From Candidatus Saccharimonadota bacterium (lineage in GTDB: Archaea; Micrarchaeota; Micrarchaeia; Micrarchaeales; Micrarchaeaceae), in assembly GCF_002214165.1 (NCBI RefSeq), contig NZ_CP019964.1:360001-392000 (forward strand): a DNA stretch of 32,000 nt, written 5' to 3'. The position numbers and the translations under genes were made by a program. Position 1 is the first letter of the stretch; the number at the start of each line of letters is the position of its first letter. The notes under the pieces were generated by a model that worked only from the letters and a program-made list of their open reading frames with translations, was not told where the DNA came from and did not search any database. This document shows positions 15,581-25,338 of this stretch, piece after piece.

Positions 15581-15592
15581 ATATAAATATTT
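15581..15592 (+). promoter_or_regulatory. TATA-box candidate (atataaatattt) for 15623..16300
   Basis: The motif ends 31 nt upstream of the ATG, and an SD-like aggag sits at 15611-15615. Confidence 0.35.
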
Positions 15593-15622
15593 CAATAACC
15601 TAATAATCTAAGGAGTGTTAAA

Positions 15623-16300
15623 ATGAACATAAGCAAGGAAATGGCCATATCTGACAAATACCAATTTTTAGATCATTTAAAGAGTTCTAATGAAAGTTAT
15701 GACATGGATAAATTAGATGACAATAAAAAGAGCTCTTATAGCATTTTTAGGAGGGGCGCCAACACTAAAAGAGAAAAGATGGAAGAGAAATACAAAAACG
15801 ATATCGAATATTTTAAGGAGCAGGTCCCAAAGCAGCTAGAGGAGTTCAATGAAATAAATGATTTGGTGGCAAGCTATCTATACAAATTAAATAAGGATCC
15901 CAATAATGAAAAACTGTTCGCACAGATAGAAAATATAGTTCAGGATGGATTCAACAATGTGATAAGGGCGGAAAAGAACGCTCTGCTGTCCGATACCTAT
16001 TTCCTAGATAAGGCACTTTATAATGACAGGAAAATAGAAAAGTACGATAGCAGCTTTGGCAGATTTACTGATATCATATATAGAGAACTGCCGGAAGATA
16101 TAGAGAAATTTAAAAATTCGGTAAATAATTTTATAAAATCCAACCCAACATACGAGGATCTGAAAAATTTCTTTATGAAGAAAGATACAACCTTTGAATT
16201 TTTCAGGATTAGAAGAAGTTCAGAGGAATATATAAAATGGTTGGCCGACTTCAATAGTGACAGATTTATGGGATGGTTTTTCGGAGGTTTTAAGAGATAA
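15623..16300 (+). CDS. Hypothetical protein, family-3 paralog B
   Basis: 225 aa with blocks shared with 12377..13066 (see that entry). Confidence 0.7.
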   Translation: MNISKEMAISDKYQFLDHLKSSNESYDMDKLDDNKKSSYSIFRRGANTKREKMEEKYKNDIEYFKEQVPKQLEEFNEINDLVASYLYKLNKDPNNEKLFAQIENIVQDGFNNVIRAEKNALLSDTYFLDKALYNDRKIEKYDSSFGRFTDIIYRELPEDIEKFKNSVNNFIKSNPTYEDLKNFFMKKDTTFEFFRIRRSSEEYIKWLADFNSDRFMGWFFGGFKR

Positions 16301-16420
16301 ATCTTACTTTGCTGAAAAAGCTTGCCCTGTGCTTTTATACAATGGTAAAATTTTTCAGGCTTTTAATATAAAAGTTTGTGTATCCTTTATGGTGAATTGA
16401 TTTTAAATAAAGATGATAAA

Positions 16421-17677
16421 ATGGCAGCCGACCAAGAAATAAATGCAGGGGATATCAAAAAGGATTTTCCAATATTCAAGATAAAGATGAGTGGCAAGCC
16501 AATCGTTTACCTAGACAGCGCTGCAACATCGCAGAAGCCAAAGCAGGTAATCGATTCCATAGTAAAGTTCTACTCCGAATATAATGCGAACATACACAGA
16601 GGAATATACGATATAGCTGAGCGTGCAACCGATGAATACACCAATTCTAAAGGCAAGCTTGCAAAGCTTATTGGTGCAAAGAGCATAAGAAACATCGTAT
16701 ACGTCAGGAACACAACGGAGGCAATAAACCTTGTCGCTCTTTCCTGGGGAAATGCCAACATCGAAAAGGGCGACCATATACTTATATCGGATATGGAGCA
16801 TCACAGCAACCTTGTCCCTTGGCAGCTGCTCGCAAAGAGAAAAGGCGCAGTCTTGGATTACATAAAGCTTGATAAAAGTAGTGAGAAATTAGACATGGAT
16901 AGCTTTAAGGAGAATTTGGAGAATGACCCAAAAATGGTAGCAGTAACTCAGGCTTCCAATGTGCTCGGCACCATAAATGATGTGAAATATATAACAAAAG
17001 AGGCGAAGAAGCATGGATCCGTAGTGCTGGTCGATGGAGCGCAATCCGCACCCCACATGCCGGTTGACGTACAGTCGATAGGATGCGACTTCTTTGCACT
17101 CTCCGCCCATAAGATGCTTGGACCTACGGGGATAGGAGCACTCTATGGCACCGAGGAAATACTCAATTCGATGGAGCCTTTATTTGGTGGCGGAGACATG
17201 ATAAGCGCGGTCACAAGGCAAACCCATAGCTGGAATTCTCTCCCTTGGAAATTTGAGGCAGGAACATCCAACATAGAAGGAGGGATAGCGTTTGGCGCTG
17301 CCATAGATTACCTCAATAGCATTGGGATGGAAAAGATACGCAGGCATGAAGAGAAGCTTACAAAGCATGCACTCGAATCCTTGGAAAACGTGAAGAACAT
17401 AGAAGTATACGGACCAAAGAAAGACGAGATAAATATAAAATCAGGGGTAGTATCATTTGGCATAAAGGGCGTACATCCCCATGACGTGGCCCAGATATTC
17501 AACAATGAAGGTATTGCAATACGTGCCGGGCATCACTGTGCAATGCCTCTGGTGACCGAAGTATTAAGGCAAGGTGCAGTATCAAGGATGAGCTTTTACC
17601 TTTACAATGATGAAGATGATATAGACAAAGCAGTGGCAGCCATAGATGAAGTAAAAAGGATATTCAAGCTTGAATGA
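16421..17677 (+). CDS. sufS: Cysteine desulfurase, SufS/CsdA-type class V aminotransferase
   Basis: YLDSAATSQKP, NIHRGIY, SAHKMLGPTGIGALYG (PLP-binding Lys) and RAGHHCAMPL (active-site Cys loop). The track ORF begins at a TTG at 16376, but the ATG at 16421 (MAADQEI) is the more plausible start. Confidence 0.9.
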   Translation: MAADQEINAGDIKKDFPIFKIKMSGKPIVYLDSAATSQKPKQVIDSIVKFYSEYNANIHRGIYDIAERATDEYTNSKGKLAKLIGAKSIRNIVYVRNTTEAINLVALSWGNANIEKGDHILISDMEHHSNLVPWQLLAKRKGAVLDYIKLDKSSEKLDMDSFKENLENDPKMVAVTQASNVLGTINDVKYITKEAKKHGSVVLVDGAQSAPHMPVDVQSIGCDFFALSAHKMLGPTGIGALYGTEEILNSMEPLFGGGDMISAVTRQTHSWNSLPWKFEAGTSNIEGGIAFGAAIDYLNSIGMEKIRRHEEKLTKHALESLENVKNIEVYGPKKDEINIKSGVVSFGIKGVHPHDVAQIFNNEGIAIRAGHHCAMPLVTEVLRQGAVSRMSFYLYNDEDDIDKAVAAIDEVKRIFKLE

Positions 17678-17720
17678 AAGCCATCCTCCGCCGCTTTGCA
17701 TTATGCAATTTTAGAGGTAT

Positions 17721-18899
17721 TCAGATTTTGGAATTTGATCCTAATGCCAAAAGGACCGAACCTGCAAGGATTGCCATCGCAGCCGCAAACCCATATGCAT
17801 AAAGAGGGCCTATAACGTAAAGAAATCCCAATGCAAGGTTTGCAACAAAAAGCCCTATGCTCCTTGACGAAGTTAGTGCACCCATCCCGCTTCCCGAATT
17901 AATCTTGCTTTTTGCGAGCGAAACTATCGTCGGCTCAAGAGTCTCTATTGTGCCTACTGCTATCCCTATTACAAATATTCCTATGTAAGATACTACTATC
18001 CCAAGGCCAAAATGATACGAGAGCCCTATTATCAATGATCCTATGCCAGCAAGGAAGTATCCAAATACTGCAAGATTCCTTACAACCCTTTTCGCGAACA
18101 CTCCTACAATATAACCCACTATGGCGGATACCAGCAGAAATACCGCATATGAAAGAACCCCGTAGAAATCTGTTGATTCTTGGGCTATAGTGAGTACAGG
18201 GAAGCTCAAGCTGTAGAAGCTCAACCCGTATATGCCTGTTGCAAGTATCACGCCTTTGTAGGCTCCCGCCTTTGCCTTAGCCGCCTTTGTTGCTGCCTTG
18301 ATTGATGAAATGGCCCGCTTGCTTTTGCCTTTGCTTGGAGATCCTTTGTAGCTTACAAGGAATAGGCAAAGCGACGATATCAGTATTGGTATTGCAGTTG
18401 CAAGAAATATGAGCTTCAGGGCTATGCCAAGATATATTCCTATAGAAAGATACGCAACCGCAACAACGCCTCCCCCTACGTCAAGAGCATTCAGGAATCC
18501 ATACACCCTTGCCTTGTCGAGCCTGCTTGATATATCTCCTATCATTGCCCTCCTTGCAGGAGTCCTGAAGTTCCTTGCCCACCACCCTGCGGAGAATATA
18601 GTCGTGGCCTCTGCCGCAAACAAGGCAAATCCAGTAAATGACAATATAGGTATCAGCAGATTTCCCAGTATTGCTATTTTCTTCTTGCTGTGCCTGTCGG
18701 AAAGTTTACCTCCGTAATATGCGAAAACAGACCCTATCCCATAGGCCAACGCCATTGCTATTCCTAAGTAATATACAGGTGCCTTTAGGTAAAGGACAAG
18801 GAATATGGGAAACCCGGCGATAAGCGCTTGGTATCCTGCATCTGCAAAGAACGCTGATAACGATATAAGGAGTACATCCTTGGTAAGCCATTTTCGCAT
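17721..18899 (-). CDS. MFS transporter (12-TMS type)
   Basis: 392 aa and hydrophobic throughout, with an MFS motif-A-like GGKLSDRHSKKKI after TM2. Confidence 0.85.
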   Translation of the reverse strand: MRKWLTKDVLLISLSAFFADAGYQALIAGFPIFLVLYLKAPVYYLGIAMALAYGIGSVFAYYGGKLSDRHSKKKIAILGNLLIPILSFTGFALFAAEATTIFSAGWWARNFRTPARRAMIGDISSRLDKARVYGFLNALDVGGGVVAVAYLSIGIYLGIALKLIFLATAIPILISSLCLFLVSYKGSPSKGKSKRAISSIKAATKAAKAKAGAYKGVILATGIYGLSFYSLSFPVLTIAQESTDFYGVLSYAVFLLVSAIVGYIVGVFAKRVVRNLAVFGYFLAGIGSLIIGLSYHFGLGIVVSYIGIFVIGIAVGTIETLEPTIVSLAKSKINSGSGMGALTSSRSIGLFVANLALGFLYVIGPLYAYGFAAAMAILAGSVLLALGSNSKI

Positions 18900-19091
18900 A
18901 ATCAGTTTCGGCCGCCAAAATTTATAATCGTTGCTATCTTACTTTTGTAAACGCATCAAAATAGCAATATTTAAGATTTGAAAAATATAAAGCGCATTGG
19001 CGGTAATGCGAGATCAATAGTATCATTTGCAGATATATCGGTTGATGAATTCATACCTATTATTTCAAGGGGAATTTAGATAAAGAAGGCG

Positions 19092-19286
19092 ATGAAGGAA
19101 GGCAAGAAATCTCAAATTCAAATCACATTAATATGTTAGGATAATCCTGTAGGTTATTCTTATGAAGATAAAAACCAATTTGGCGAAAACCTAAATCTTG
19201 TCATAGAAGGCAACGAAGAATCAGATAAAACCTTAATATTTGTCCATGGCCTTGGAACAAATAAAGACGAGAACTATTTCTGGTGA
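19092..19286 (+). pseudogene. N-terminal remnant of an alpha/beta-hydrolase-like gene
   Basis: ATG at 19092, then MKEGKKSQIQITLIC, an in-frame TAG (19137-19139), then DNPVGYSYEDKNQFGENLNLVIEGNEESDKTLIFVHGLGTNKDENYFW and a TGA. The LIFVHGLG oxyanion-hole block is typical of alpha/beta hydrolases. The nucleophile elbow and everything after it are missing. Confidence 0.35.
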
Positions 19287-19349
19287 AGCGAGAAGCTTCA
19301 AACTTTCGGACGTGGAAGAAGCCCCGTCCGTAAGGGCGGAGTAGTCCAC
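19287..19349 (+). repeat. Orphan IS200/IS605 right-end-like remnant (diverged family member)
   Basis: gaagcc-ccgtcc-gtaa-gggcgg-agtagtccac parallels the IS-1 right end, gaagcc-cacaccgtttacgggtggg-aggatgtcac. The stem is ccgtcc/gggcgg (one G-T pair), the loop is gtaa, and there is no adjacent tnpB. Confidence 0.5.
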
Positions 19350-19615
19350 CTGCTTATTCGCAGATGCAATTAATAATATTATTTATCTGTCGTCAATAAC
19401 AATTAGATACAGATTTATAAAATTTTTTACTAACCTATACTTAAAAAGATAGAAACATATTTATATTAATCAGTTTAATTTTGATTGTAGTAATTAGTGA
19501 GGTGGGTATATGAAGGGACCAAATGGTACGTAATAGATGATTGATAAAAAGAATAACTTTATTTAAATATAAGTTTTTGAGTACTCTTCTTTTAGATAGT
19601 TAATAGGTGTAAGTT

Positions 19616-20962
19616 TCAATTATAAATAATCCTTTCTCTGACCTTTATAGATTTATCTTTTACTAAATTGATATACTGTCTACTATACAGGTTATCAAAC
19701 TTCCTATAATCTATACTTCCAGATATAATCTTCTCTACCATTAGAGAATTGAATTTTACCCCGCCTATCGTTTGTGAAAGTTCACTTTCTATTTTCTCTC
19801 TATTCCCATCTTCTAGTACAGGGAAAAGATAAAATATCCCATCAGGTGTTTCCATATCGCAGATATAAGAAAATTTATTAACAATTTTATTGGGCTCACC
19901 TATTATATAATTACGATGTTTATTTTTAGTTTCTGCAAGTTTTCCTTTATTTGTTAGATTTGCAATTATTATACCATCATATTTCTTCTCAGGTATGCTT
20001 ATTGTTAATGTTGACCTTACTATTACATTCTTTCCTTCTTCATTTGTAAGATCTTTGTACGCTTTCTTGGCGCTTCCTGCTGGAAGGTTATATTTTTTAT
20101 CTATAAAAGAGAAACTATTTCTGCTATCTTCAGTCAGTTCACGAAGAAGTACATACTCCCTGTACATTAAACTTGATGAGTTTGGGTGTTCGTCCTTCTT
20201 TTTCCTCTGCCAGATTTTTTCTTTGAGTGCATCAAAGAATTCCTGCCTTAAAGGTATAAAACCATAGTCACTAGAGATAGGTGTTATATACCATTCTGCT
20301 TCTAAGTATTTCAAATATTCTGAATTCCTTACATCATCCAGAACATCTGCAATTATGTTGTTGTTTTCCGCAACACAGAAAATTACCAAATCGTATATTC
20401 CATTAGTTGCAAGTGCAAGCTGGACCCTTAGGTTTTTCTTTAAAACTCCTTTTATATCTTTAAGGTTAAGCTTATTGCCTGTGAACTTTGCAAGAATCAT
20501 ATATTCGGAGAATCCAAGGTTGTTCATGTTTAATTCAAGCGTATACTTTATCCCAAGCAGTCTTTCAAGCCTCTCTATCCTGTATTCAAGTGCATGGATC
20601 GATATTCCTGTTATCTCTGATAATCTTTTAAAGGAAAGCCTTGAGTTCATGCTCAAGGCCTTAAGCAGGTTTATGTCATCTTCTCCTATGCTGTTCCATA
20701 CAACCGCATTTTTTGCTTTTGATCTCCTTTCCTTAATATTGGTTCCTTCAGAACTAGCCGATGCCTGCTTAGAATCTTCAAGTATAACTATTCCATTTGC
20801 AGTTATATATCCCATATAACAATCTGCTTGCTCGGACGCATCATTTACATTGATGCGGAAAACACAGAATTTATCATTTACCGATTTAATCTCCAAGTCA
20901 TTTCCGTATATGTTTTTTAGTTCATCAAATGCTTCTTGAACTTTTTCTGGAACATCCACCAT
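19616..20962 (-). CDS. Transcription regulator with two Lrp/AsnC-like modules and an extra N-terminal domain
   Basis: 448 aa. Residues ~95-140, DDINLLKALSMNSRLSFKRLSEITGISIHALEYRIERLERLLGIKY, form a classical AsnC-type HTH. Residues ~266-320, YREYVLLRELTEDSRNSFSFIDKKYNLPAGSAKKAYKDL, form a second, weaker one. Each is followed by a region of about 90-110 aa resembling a RAM-type effector-binding domain. Confidence 0.65.
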   Translation of the reverse strand: MVDVPEKVQEAFDELKNIYGNDLEIKSVNDKFCVFRINVNDASEQADCYMGYITANGIVILEDSKQASASSEGTNIKERRSKAKNAVVWNSIGEDDINLLKALSMNSRLSFKRLSEITGISIHALEYRIERLERLLGIKYTLELNMNNLGFSEYMILAKFTGNKLNLKDIKGVLKKNLRVQLALATNGIYDLVIFCVAENNNIIADVLDDVRNSEYLKYLEAEWYITPISSDYGFIPLRQEFFDALKEKIWQRKKKDEHPNSSSLMYREYVLLRELTEDSRNSFSFIDKKYNLPAGSAKKAYKDLTNEEGKNVIVRSTLTISIPEKKYDGIIIANLTNKGKLAETKNKHRNYIIGEPNKIVNKFSYICDMETPDGIFYLFPVLEDGNREKIESELSQTIGGVKFNSLMVEKIISGSIDYRKFDNLYSRQYINLVKDKSIKVRERIIYN

Positions 20963-21416
20963 TTAGAGGCCTTAAAATAATATAATGCATTTAAATTATT
21001 TATTGGTTGCTGTATGCGATTGTTTTAGTGGGTTGAATTTTATTCTTTTGGTTTTTGATACTCCAAGCTATAACAAATCACCCTCTTTCTATTGGTGCAG
21101 TCATGCAGTGTGCTCCTCAATAACCACCTGTTAAATTAACCAAGTCAAGTGCACAGAAATCTATTCCATTCTGGTACATTTCTGTTTTGTTTAGGAATAA
21201 CTGGCTTGATAAAAGAGATTCTAGATAATCCTTCTTTGCCTGCAGGAACAATGCCTTATACCTTTTTGGATCTTTGCTTGCCTTCCAAGAAAGATGCAGA
21301 TAGGTGAACGTCATTCAAAGAGAGCACAAGATAGTTAGGTTCTGCAACAATAACAAAGATACATTTCAAATAGAATTTACAACTTGTTATAAAAATGCCG
21401 AAATTAAAAAAGCTAA

Positions 21417-21430
21417 AATATTAAATATTA
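21417..21430 (+). promoter_or_regulatory. TATA-box candidate (aatattaaatatta) for 21457..22458
   Basis: The motif ends 27 nt upstream of the ATG. Confidence 0.35.
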
Positions 21431-21456
21431 AAAAATGTTTTAGTTAATAAGATTTT

Positions 21457-22458
21457 ATGGTAATCTTATCAAAGAAGCATGAAAATAATGCTTCCTGTCA
21501 ACGTAATGCAAGAAATGGGGGGCTATTGCGTAATACGGACAACAAAGCGAACGCAGATCAACTGTTATTCGAAAACTTTAAGGACAGCAGAGCCGAAATT
21601 CACAAAATTTCACAGCGTCTGGAATCAGGGCAGGGGATAAACAAAGTAATGGATAAGCTTGGCGATGAAAATTTTGTTTACTCAATGCTCAATGATATAG
21701 GAAAGCTTGTGCTTCATGATCTGAATTATATGATGAAAACTGTGGCAGGTCCCGACTGGGTTGATATAAAACCCACAGAATTTGGGATTGAGCTTTACAA
21801 ACCAGAGGGTTTGAATAGCGAATATATAACAGGAGAGTACAGCAAGGAAAAAAAGAGGTGCAGCATTAACTTGGATCTTTTCAAAAAAATATTCCTGAAG
21901 TCCGAGGTAGGGCAATCTATCACTATAAGTGAAAAATCCATCCTTGAGTTTTTAGAAGCGGTTTACTCTACAATGATGCATGAGGGCTTTCACGCAGTAC
22001 AAGATAACAGATTTGGATACATAGACCAAATAAAAAATTTGGATAACCCAAATGATAATATTATTTTCATGGAGGGAAGCGCTAGGTTTGTCGAGTTCTT
22101 CGCAGATTCATTGATCACTATAGGCAGATATACAAGACTGGATTGCAGTAATGCAATAGAGAAATCATTCCTGTGGCATTTTGCAGTCGAGCCTGTTTCA
22201 AGCTTGGCTTATGAAAGACCTGACTTAATAAGAAATGGTATAAAAGAGTTTATTCCATACAATATAGGTATGTTTATATTTGTGACAAGGTACGTTGCAA
22301 ATGGAAGCTTTATAGAAACTTTAGGTGAAATTCGTAAAATGGCAGAAAATGGAAATATAAGCAACGATAAACTTTATGATATGCTTGACAATGAAATTAA
22401 AAATGGCAGTATATCCAAGCTGAAGCAAAAGATCAGCCTTGATTATATAAGAAGCTAA
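21457..22458 (+). CDS. Predicted zinc metallopeptidase-like protein (HEGFH plus a Glu 27 residues downstream), third member of the HExxH...E family
   Basis: 333 aa. HEGFH is encoded at 21979-21993 (checked). The downstream FMEGSARFVEFF aligns with LINEAMVYFISY of 3434..4294. Confidence 0.65.
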   Translation: MVILSKKHENNASCQRNARNGGLLRNTDNKANADQLLFENFKDSRAEIHKISQRLESGQGINKVMDKLGDENFVYSMLNDIGKLVLHDLNYMMKTVAGPDWVDIKPTEFGIELYKPEGLNSEYITGEYSKEKKRCSINLDLFKKIFLKSEVGQSITISEKSILEFLEAVYSTMMHEGFHAVQDNRFGYIDQIKNLDNPNDNIIFMEGSARFVEFFADSLITIGRYTRLDCSNAIEKSFLWHFAVEPVSSLAYERPDLIRNGIKEFIPYNIGMFIFVTRYVANGSFIETLGEIRKMAENGNISNDKLYDMLDNEIKNGSISKLKQKISLDYIRS

Positions 22459-22598
22459 AGGCAAAGTCAAATTCCACCGATTAACTGCGAGGGTTGCGTT
22501 AACCATTCTAACTTAAGTATAAACTAACAAACAACATACAAATCATAAATATAGCAGGGGTTTCGTATGTAATTGCAATTTGTTACTAATCCTTTCTT

Positions 22599-23045
22599 TT
22601 ATCCATTTTCAAACGAGGTTTCGGCAAGATCCCACCAGCCGATCAATTCTTCCTTTGAATCTAGAGTACATTCCGGCAATTCATCTCTTTCGAACCATCC
22701 ATAGCCTCTCGATTCATCGTTTAGCTTTATTTTTGTATGCTCGTCAATCGAGGTTGCATAGAAATATATTGCCCATTTATGTGCACTTCCTTCGGGTGAA
22801 GTTTTAGTCCCTACTGGAATCAGCTTATTTGGATTCAAGTCCACTCCAATCTCCTCTTTTGCCTCCCTTATGCAGGTTTGCAGTGCAGTCTCCCCAGGCT
22901 CAAAGGACCCTCCGATATTTCCCCAGCCTTTGATCTCTTCCCCATTCCTTGTCTCTTTGGTGCGCCAAAGGAGCAGCATTTCCGAAAAGCTGTTATTGAA
23001 TATGCAGGTATATGCGCCCAAGTGCCCTTTTTCTTGCTCTTCCAT
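22599..23045 (-). CDS. Nudix hydrolase
   Basis: The Nudix box GGSFEPGETALQTCIREAKEEIGV fits GX5EX7REUXEEXGU. Confidence 0.9.
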   Translation of the reverse strand: MEEQEKGHLGAYTCIFNNSFSEMLLLWRTKETRNGEEIKGWGNIGGSFEPGETALQTCIREAKEEIGVDLNPNKLIPVGTKTSPEGSAHKWAIYFYATSIDEHTKIKLNDESRGYGWFERDELPECTLDSKEELIGWWDLAETSFENG

Positions 23046-23129
23046 AAAATCATTAGCATATCAATATAAAAATTAATATATTTACTAGTAAAATATACCT
23101 GCTTCACAATTGCCGAATAAATTGGCTAA

Positions 23130-24002
23130 ATGCATTTATATTACATTAATATCATTAAGAATGGGATCTTTATGAGACAAATTTGGTGGCTTTTTATATG
23201 CTTGGCTATTATGATTCTCTTAATCCTTTTTGCCACGTTTATAGCAACAGGTTCCCTAATGCCTCTATCTCTGTCAGGATCCATAAATCCTGTAGTGCAA
23301 AGCAATGAAGCTGCCTTTTTTATGATATCAAATTTCATAAATGATGGATGGACAACTTTCGGTTTCGTAATAATAGGGATCGTGCTCGCTTTTGTAAGCA
23401 TCGCTGTTTCAGAAATGAGCCCTATATTTAAAAAGGTGCTAGTATACTCAATAATAATTGTCATATTGGCAAATTCCGCTTATTCAGTAGTTTCAAGGAC
23501 TATGGGGCGAGGCATATCCGGGCTGGCGATGGTGGAAGGCGGAATCGTGCTCGCTTTTCTATCATACATAGTTAATTCTTATATGAAGATGAACTTCAAC
23601 TATGTATCGGCCGCTGCAATGCTGTTTGCAATATCCTACATCCCATTCATATACGGCAGGGCCTTATTTTCCCTGCTGACAATCATTATTGCCATAGCGT
23701 TGCTTCTCTATGCAAAGCTGAGGATTTATAACCACGATAGAAGCGGAGATGCAAAGGATAAAGAGAATCCAAAAAGAAAAGCGATAACAGTCTGGAGCAT
23801 GGAGGCGATGTTCCTGGATTTATCATTTTTGGTGCTGCTGTTGATCTCAGCCTTCCCTAACATTGCAGTGGCCAGCAAATATCACCTTGATATAATAATC
23901 CACTATACTGATTTCATAATAGGGTTCTTAGTCTCGGTGCTATATATTTATTTGAGCAATCGAAAATCCCCGTTTTCAAAGAATAAACCCACGCCCGTTT
24001 AA
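23130..24002 (+). CDS. Integral membrane protein, unknown function
   Basis: 290 aa with about 7-8 hydrophobic segments and a charged loop (HDRSGDAKDKENPKRK). The start may instead be the ATG at 23172 (MRQIWW). Confidence 0.6.
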   Translation: MHLYYINIIKNGIFMRQIWWLFICLAIMILLILFATFIATGSLMPLSLSGSINPVVQSNEAAFFMISNFINDGWTTFGFVIIGIVLAFVSIAVSEMSPIFKKVLVYSIIIVILANSAYSVVSRTMGRGISGLAMVEGGIVLAFLSYIVNSYMKMNFNYVSAAAMLFAISYIPFIYGRALFSLLTIIIAIALLLYAKLRIYNHDRSGDAKDKENPKRKAITVWSMEAMFLDLSFLVLLLISAFPNIAVASKYHLDIIIHYTDFIIGFLVSVLYIYLSNRKSPFSKNKPTPV

Positions 24003-24028
24003 ACTGAATTATCAAATTTGGCGTAAAA

Positions 24029-24049
24029 CCCACACGCTTCAGCGGTGGG
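24029..24049 (+). repeat. IS-2 left-end hairpin cccac-a-cgc-ttca-gcg-gtggg
   Basis: Five bp, a bulged A, three bp and a 4-nt loop. The right-end hairpin has the same architecture. Confidence 0.85.
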
Positions 24050-24101
24050 ATATACCACCACAACATGTATAAATACAGATAATAAAATATACATGTTTTG
24101 T

Positions 24102-25313
24102 ATGAAAACGGCATACAAATATCGTGCATATCCTTCAAAGGAACAGAAGGGAACTCTGAATAGACAGATGTATCTTTCAAAGGAACTATACAACCTGCTT
24201 CTTGAAAAGTCAAAGTCATACTATAATGAGACAGGAAAAACCTTAACGGAATTCAGGATGAACGTTTGGATAACCAAATTAAAGAAGGAAAAACCGGAAT
24301 TTGCGGAAATCCATTCTCAGGTGCTTCAGAATATCTCAAAAAGGGTGTCAGATGCATACAAACATTTTTTCTTGAGGTGCAAGGAGAAGAAGCAAGGAAA
24401 GAAGGTAAAGGCGGGATTTCCAAGATACAAGAAGTTCGTATCATCTTTGACATATCCTCAAACCAATGGCTTCAAGATAGAGAAGAAGAAGGTTGAACTT
24501 TCAAAAATAGGGAGGATAAATTTCGTGAACCACAGAAATATTGAAGGAGGAATAAAAACATTAAATATAAAGAAGACAAAATCACAGGAATGGTACATCA
24601 CGATTGCTGTTGAAAAGGAGGACAAGCCATTCATTTCAAACGGTAAACCGAAGGTTGGTATTGATTTAGGAATAATGCAATATGCCGCGCTTTCGGAAAA
24701 TACAATACTCCAAAACGCAAAGATAACAAAACACCAGAGGAAACATTCAAGAGTCCTTCAACAAAACATATCGAGGAAAGAGAAGGGATCATCCAACAGA
24801 AGAAAGGCAGTGACAAGATTTGCAAGATACTCAGAGCATATTTCAAGGATAAGATTGGATTGCATACACAAGCTTTCAAATGAATTGGTGAATTCTTATT
24901 CATTCATTGCATACGAAGATTTAGAGATAAACAATATGGTGAAGAACCACAGATACGCAAAATCGATAAGTGAATCTTCTTGGGGAAATTTCACACAATT
25001 GCTGCAATACAAGGCTGAAAGCGCTGGTTGCGTGGCAATGAAAGTGAATCCTCAATACACATCAATGACATGCAGCAAATGTGGCAATGTGCAAAGCATG
25101 TCAATATCCCAAAGGATATTCGTCTGCGAAAAGTGCGGGATGTCAATGGACAGGGATGTGAATGCGGCACAGAATATACTAAAGAGAGCTTTGGACTCCA
25201 TCAGTCCAACTACCGAAGGGCATTCGGGAAGTCAAGCCTGCAGAGACGACATAAGAACTTCCGCAGGGAAGGCAGTTGCCTATGAAGCAGGAACTATACG
25301 GGTGGCATCATGA
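24102..25313 (+). CDS. tnpB: TnpB (IS605 OrfB) RNA-guided endonuclease-type protein
   Basis: MKTAYKYRAYP N-terminus at the ATG at 24102 (the track ORF starts at 24045, inside the left-end hairpin). RuvC contexts GIDLG / AYEDL / MDRDVNAAQNI and zinc finger CSKCG...CEKCG. Confidence 0.9.
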   Translation: MKTAYKYRAYPSKEQKGTLNRQMYLSKELYNLLLEKSKSYYNETGKTLTEFRMNVWITKLKKEKPEFAEIHSQVLQNISKRVSDAYKHFFLRCKEKKQGKKVKAGFPRYKKFVSSLTYPQTNGFKIEKKKVELSKIGRINFVNHRNIEGGIKTLNIKKTKSQEWYITIAVEKEDKPFISNGKPKVGIDLGIMQYAALSENTILQNAKITKHQRKHSRVLQQNISRKEKGSSNRRKAVTRFARYSEHISRIRLDCIHKLSNELVNSYSFIAYEDLEINNMVKNHRYAKSISESSWGNFTQLLQYKAESAGCVAMKVNPQYTSMTCSKCGNVQSMSISQRIFVCEKCGMSMDRDVNAAQNILKRALDSISPTTEGHSGSQACRDDIRTSAGKAVAYEAGTIRVAS

Positions 25314-25338
25314 CGACAAATCATAACCACCCTGGAAA

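Noticed and set aside
16376-16420. TTG start at 16376 for the cysteine desulfurase
   Set aside because: It adds MCILYGELILNKDDK, which is not part of SufS proteins. The ATG at 16421 gives a normal N-terminus.
21117-21314. 65-aa minus-strand ORF in the regulator/HExxH spacer
   Set aside because: It has no motif and no obvious promoter or SD. It could be a real small protein, but I cannot support that from the sequence alone.
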